Part shown: in pieces, positions 58,379 through 64,000 of the stretch
How positions within the stretch are numbered: the stretch's first letter is position 1
How the letters are laid out: every line of letters begins with the position of its first letter
Assembly: GCA_964016885.1 (NCBI GenBank)
Contig: OZ024744.1
Location: 68,572,001 to 68,636,000, forward strand
Direction: 5' to 3'
Length of the DNA: 64,000 nucleotides
Source of the DNA: Eledone cirrhosa
Taxonomy: Eukaryota
Position numbers and translations under genes: made by a program
Notes under the pieces: generated by a model
The model's input: only the letters and a program-made list of their open reading frames with translations
The model's database searches: none
Told to the model about the DNA's origin: nothing

Positions 58379-59290
58379 TTAATTTTTGCTGCACCGGCAA
58401 TATCTCTGTATAATCAGCTCCTGATTATTACTAGAATTCTATAAGAATCCAGCTTCTATAATTTTCGGCGGAAGAGGGCAGTACGTAGCTCTGATGATTG
58501 CCAACAGCATGAAACAGTATGTTAGCTTCTCTGCTTTCTTTCGCCGAAAAGAAGTAAGTGACATAGTCACTACTTTAAAAATGATAGCGTAATGTCTTCA
58601 AAATGTTTTCAATTAAATATACGGTATATTGCCAAATATACTATATATACATTCATGTATACATCGCTATTTCAGAACACCAATCCTAATACTTAATTTT
58701 TGCTGGACCGGCAATTGCTCTGTATAATCAGCTCCTGATTATTACTGGAATTCTATAAGAATCCAGCTTCTATAATTTTCGGCGGTAGAGGGCAGTACGT
58801 AGCTCTGATGATTGCCAACAGCATGAAACAGTATGTTAGCTTCTCTGCTTTCTTTCGCCGAAAAGAAGTAAGTGACATAGTCACTACTTTAAAAATGATA
58901 GCGTAATGTCTTCAAAATGTTTTCAATTAAATATACGGTATATTGCCAAATATACTATATATACATTCATGTATACATCGCTATTTCAGAGCACCAATCC
59001 TAATACTTAACTTTTGCTGGACCGGCAATTGCTCTGTATAATCAGCTCCTGATTATTACTGGAATTCTATAAGAATCCAGCTTCTATAATTTTCGGCGGT
59101 AGAGGGCAGTACGTAGCTCTGATGATTGCCAACAGCATGAAACAGACTGTTAGCTTCTCTGCCTTCTTTCGCTGAAAAGAAGTAAGTGACATAGTCACTA
59201 CTTTAGAAATGATAGCGTAAGGTCTTCAAAATGTTTTTAATTAAACATACGGTATATTGCCAAATATACTATACATACGTTCATGTATAT
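58379..59290 (+). mobile_element. 314-bp x ~2.9 tandem array with one hammerhead per unit (retrozyme-like)
   Basis: CTGATGA at 58491, 58805, 59119; agct-CTGATGA-ttgc caaca gcat-GAAA-ca gta tg-TT-agct. Confidence 0.85.
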
Positions 59291-59299
59291 AATAGCCTA

Positions 59300-59472
59300 T
59301 GTTTCTACTTTTGGCACAAGGACACCAATTATCCCAGTGCTTTATTTTATCGACCCCGTAAGATGAAAAGCAAAGTTAACCTCGGCAGGATTTGAACTCA
59401 GAACCTAAAAGGCCGTAACTCTATGCTGCAAAGCATGGCGTCCTACCCTCTACCGATAATGCCAATCCACCA
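59300..59472 (-). mobile_element. SINE copy
   Basis: Reverse complement of SINE consensus. Confidence 0.85.
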
Positions 59473-59869
59473 TAATAATAATAAAAGGACGATTTGTTAT
59501 ATCTTCATTGCGTTTATTGATTGGTGAAGCGCCTTTCGCTATTGAGCAGCTGTGGGTTCGATCTGTATCGATCTGGCCCGACTCTGGATGAACCTACAAT
59601 AACTGCACGTTACACACACACACACATATATATATATAAAAATATATATATTCATTTATTTATTGATTTATATATATAATGCATGAGATAACGAAGTTTC
59701 ATTTCATTTTTAAATATTTATATTCCATATCGAATGTTACATATCTTTCGCAGATGATCGACTCAAGGTCTTAATCAATATGATAGACCTGAAACCAGTA
59801 TCGATCTGCTCATCAAATGCATAGATTTAAATCAAAACATTACCACCTCACTGTCTGTCTATCTGTTTG

Positions 59870-59929
<60 letters not shown>

Positions 59930-59969
59930 CCTCTCCCCCTCCCTCTGTATATCTATGTATATCTATGTA

Positions 59970-60044
<75 letters not shown>

Positions 60045-60049
60045 ATATA

Positions 60050-61250
<1,201 letters not shown>

Positions 61251-61259
61251 TACTATCTA

Positions 61260-61332
<73 letters not shown>

Positions 61333-62265
61333 GATTCTGTCTAACACGTGGGAAACGCGCTGGTGAGTAAATGTTTTAATTTCATTGGAAATTGCATGAA
61401 CTGAATCTACATTCTTACACCATTTTGTAGATAAGCTGCCACCCTACACTTTGTAGGTGGTAGCAACCCCAAATAATAAGCCCATCAGGGCGAAAAACGG
61501 AGAAATCCCACATAATTTTTACCGGAACTTTGAATATAGCCAAAATGGCCAAATTCTTTGACCTCATCTCCACAGTACTAGTACCAAGTGAAGGCTGCCT
61601 GTCTGCTGCTATCACCAACAACAACAACAACAGTAACAACAACAGCAACAAAAACAACAACCGTCAGCAACAAAAACATCAAATCTATCAGCCAACAATT
61701 AGACAGAGGTGGTGGAGAGACGGTAAAAGTGTCAAGCCAAGAACCAGTTCGCACCGCCTCATTGAAACACTTCGATATGTTTAAAACACACCCCGACAAC
61801 AACACCAGCACCACCAACACAAAAACTGTGAATGGCACAAACCAAAAGAACGCCATCAACAACAACAGTGACAACGTGAACAAGAAGAACAACAACGACA
61901 ACAAAACCACAACCAACAACAACAACAACAACAACAACACCAACAACGGAAAAACGAAAACAACATCAACAATAAAAACAATAATAACAACTAGAAGACC
62001 AATAACTGCAACAAGGAAGTAAACGACAAAATATCATTTGCGCAAACCGTAAAGAAAACGGTAAGCTACACTCCGGTAGATATTTCAAATGCAAATGAGC
62101 TTTTGAATAACGCCAGACAATATGTAACTTTTGTGGAGAACGGATCAACCCCCATAAACTCTCCCCCAGATTTGCGAAGAGAAGCTGCCTTGAAAACTGT
62201 GATTTTCAGGAGAAGCTCAAACAAAACACGAAAACCGAGATCAACTTTCACAAGGCGAAATTTAG

Positions 62266-62877
62266 TTGGCTTTAAAAAATGCCTTAAAAGACATTGCTTT
62301 TATTCAGAAGGGTAGACTCTACAGGAGTTTATCCATTCTAATGAAAGACCAAATGACGGCACATAAATATTCTGTGTCGCCAATTGTGTCACCGCTGTTC
62401 ACCTTTTTCCCCACTTACATGGGGAAAAGAACACAGAAAATAAAAATCCAAACTATCACACCAAATATTGACATTTGGTGGGTACTATATGGATTTTTAA
62501 ACCACGAAAAAGACTATATAATATCAGTAGCTAAGTCCTCCGGTGACCTGTTCAGCGGAACTAGCCTGGAAGTTCTGGTCCAAATGACACCAGAACGAAT
62601 AGCTAGGATCCCGGAACGTGTGTTGCTGGATGGGCTTATATACATAAACATTTCGGTCGAGGGTAGGTGGCCCTCATGTTACCACTGCTCAAGCAGGGGT
62701 CACCTCAGAGCTTCCTGTCCTCGGCTAACTAGCCTCAAAAAGGCACTACTGCCAACACCTGCAACACCAGCACAACAATCACCACCACCACCACCACCAC
62801 AACAACAACAACATAAAAAAAATAGTGACAACAAAACAAACGACAAACACAGTCCCACCCAACCCCTTCCCACCTAA
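62266..62877 (+). pseudogene. LINE ORF1 fragment with CCHC zinc knuckle
   Basis: C-X2-C-X4-H-X4-C motif; flanking frames interrupted. Confidence 0.75.
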
Positions 62878-63581
62878 AACAACTCCAGAAACACCTACAC
62901 ACATAACAGCTCACCAAAACGTACCCCTCCCCAACAACACGGATGAGGCCTCATCATCGTCACCCAGTGACGATGAGGGAGAGCCTTCCGACCAGTAAAA
63001 AGAAAAAAGAAAAGACATAACACAAACAAAAATGTAACAAACACACAAACACCAACACAAGCGACGCAAACAGCACAAACAAAAACACCCCCTCCTGAAA
63101 TCAAAATACCTACTACAAAACGTAAACACACACAAGAACCACAGACAAAAAGCAACCCAACACAACAAAAATGTTACACCTACATAAATACTAACAATAA
63201 AACTTTAACAGACACCATATATCAAAACCCTTCGGTGGCTACCGAAGGGAAAACTTTTACACACTCTTCGGAGAATCCTAATCTTAAAATGATTAGGACC
63301 TCCATGGACACACATAAACAGTTAAAAGAAAAATTTCCTAACGACGTAGGTAAGCCCTGCGTCAAACCCTACAATCGAGTCCTGTTAAAATGTTTCTCCA
63401 CCCCCACCCCATCCCACCAGACATCCCCTCCCCACCAAACATCTTTGTCCCCACCCTCCAGAGACCACCACCCCACCAAACAACCCCTCCAACACCCCCA
63501 TGGAAATTGTGCAGCCTGGTCCCCAGGAGACGAAGAGGTGAGTGATTTCTTTTCCTCTTCTGTTAACTTTTCAGCACCAAC

Positions 63582-64000
63582 ATGGCCAATATAAGAGTTG
63601 GATGTGTGAATGTACGCGGCCTGGGGATGCCCTGGAAACAGGGCAAACTCTTAAACGACCTCAGGTCGCACAGCATGGATGTAGTAGCCATTTGTGAGTC
63701 CAGGATCCACAGCGAGCTACAACTGGCCCCCATCTTTGACGAGTTTGAGATCTTCGCATCTCTCTGTCAGCCGGGTGGTAGGGGTGGGGTTGCCGTTTTG
63801 CTGCGGAAACACCTGGACCTCGTAACACAGACGGTACATTTGGACCCGGAGGGTCGACTGGTGGTCCTAGACGTTGACGGTAGTGAAGGTGGAGCCTTCA
63901 GGCTGGTGGCCGCATATGCCCCATCCGGAACACCGCGGCCAGACATCTTCAAACGTCTAGAAACTTTCTGGGAACGTCCCGCTCCTTGCTTTTAGTGGGG
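63582..64000 (+). pseudogene. LINE ORF2 N-terminal apurinic-like endonuclease
   Basis: NVRGL and YAP motifs; apparent frameshift near 63970. Confidence 0.82.

Larger units (their letters stand above)
61331..64000 (+). mobile_element. Tx1/L1-like LINE 5' part (ORF1 with zinc knuckle, ORF2 APE endonuclease), frameshifted, runs off the window
   Basis: CYHCSSRGHLRASC at 62677-62718; ORF2 MANIRVGCVNVRGL..DVVAICE..GGVAVL..GRLVVLDV..VAAYAP; starts right after (TA)n. Confidence 0.88.

Noticed and set aside
59755-59806. Functional hammerhead
   Set aside because: Stems I and II and GAAA..GTA are present but the core is reduced to ctca; counted only as a relic

Overview
Eukaryotic, AT-rich, microsatellite-saturated DNA with no host exon I can support. 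The SINE families and repeat load suggest a mollusc, probably a cephalopod such as Octopus (inference). Nearly all recognisable content is decayed mobile DNA: two R4/Dong-type RT+REL LINEs plus fragments, Tx1/L1-like LINEs, RTE fragments, a Gypsy remnant, a Naiad-like Penelope element, two tRNA-derived SINE families, MITEs and minisatellites. The main signal, invisible in the ORF track, is about 27 type I hammerhead ribozyme motifs read by eye, from roughly 17 sequence families. They sit in Penelope pseudo-LTRs, in short fold-back elements, and in ORF-less tandem units of 314, ~410 and 591 bp that look like retrozymes (templates for circular RNA). Four families carry a compensatory U3-A8 core and three carry a U4C core. 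One inversion breakpoint falls at the predicted ribozyme cleavage site. All structures were folded manually and activity is untested; element boundaries are approximate.
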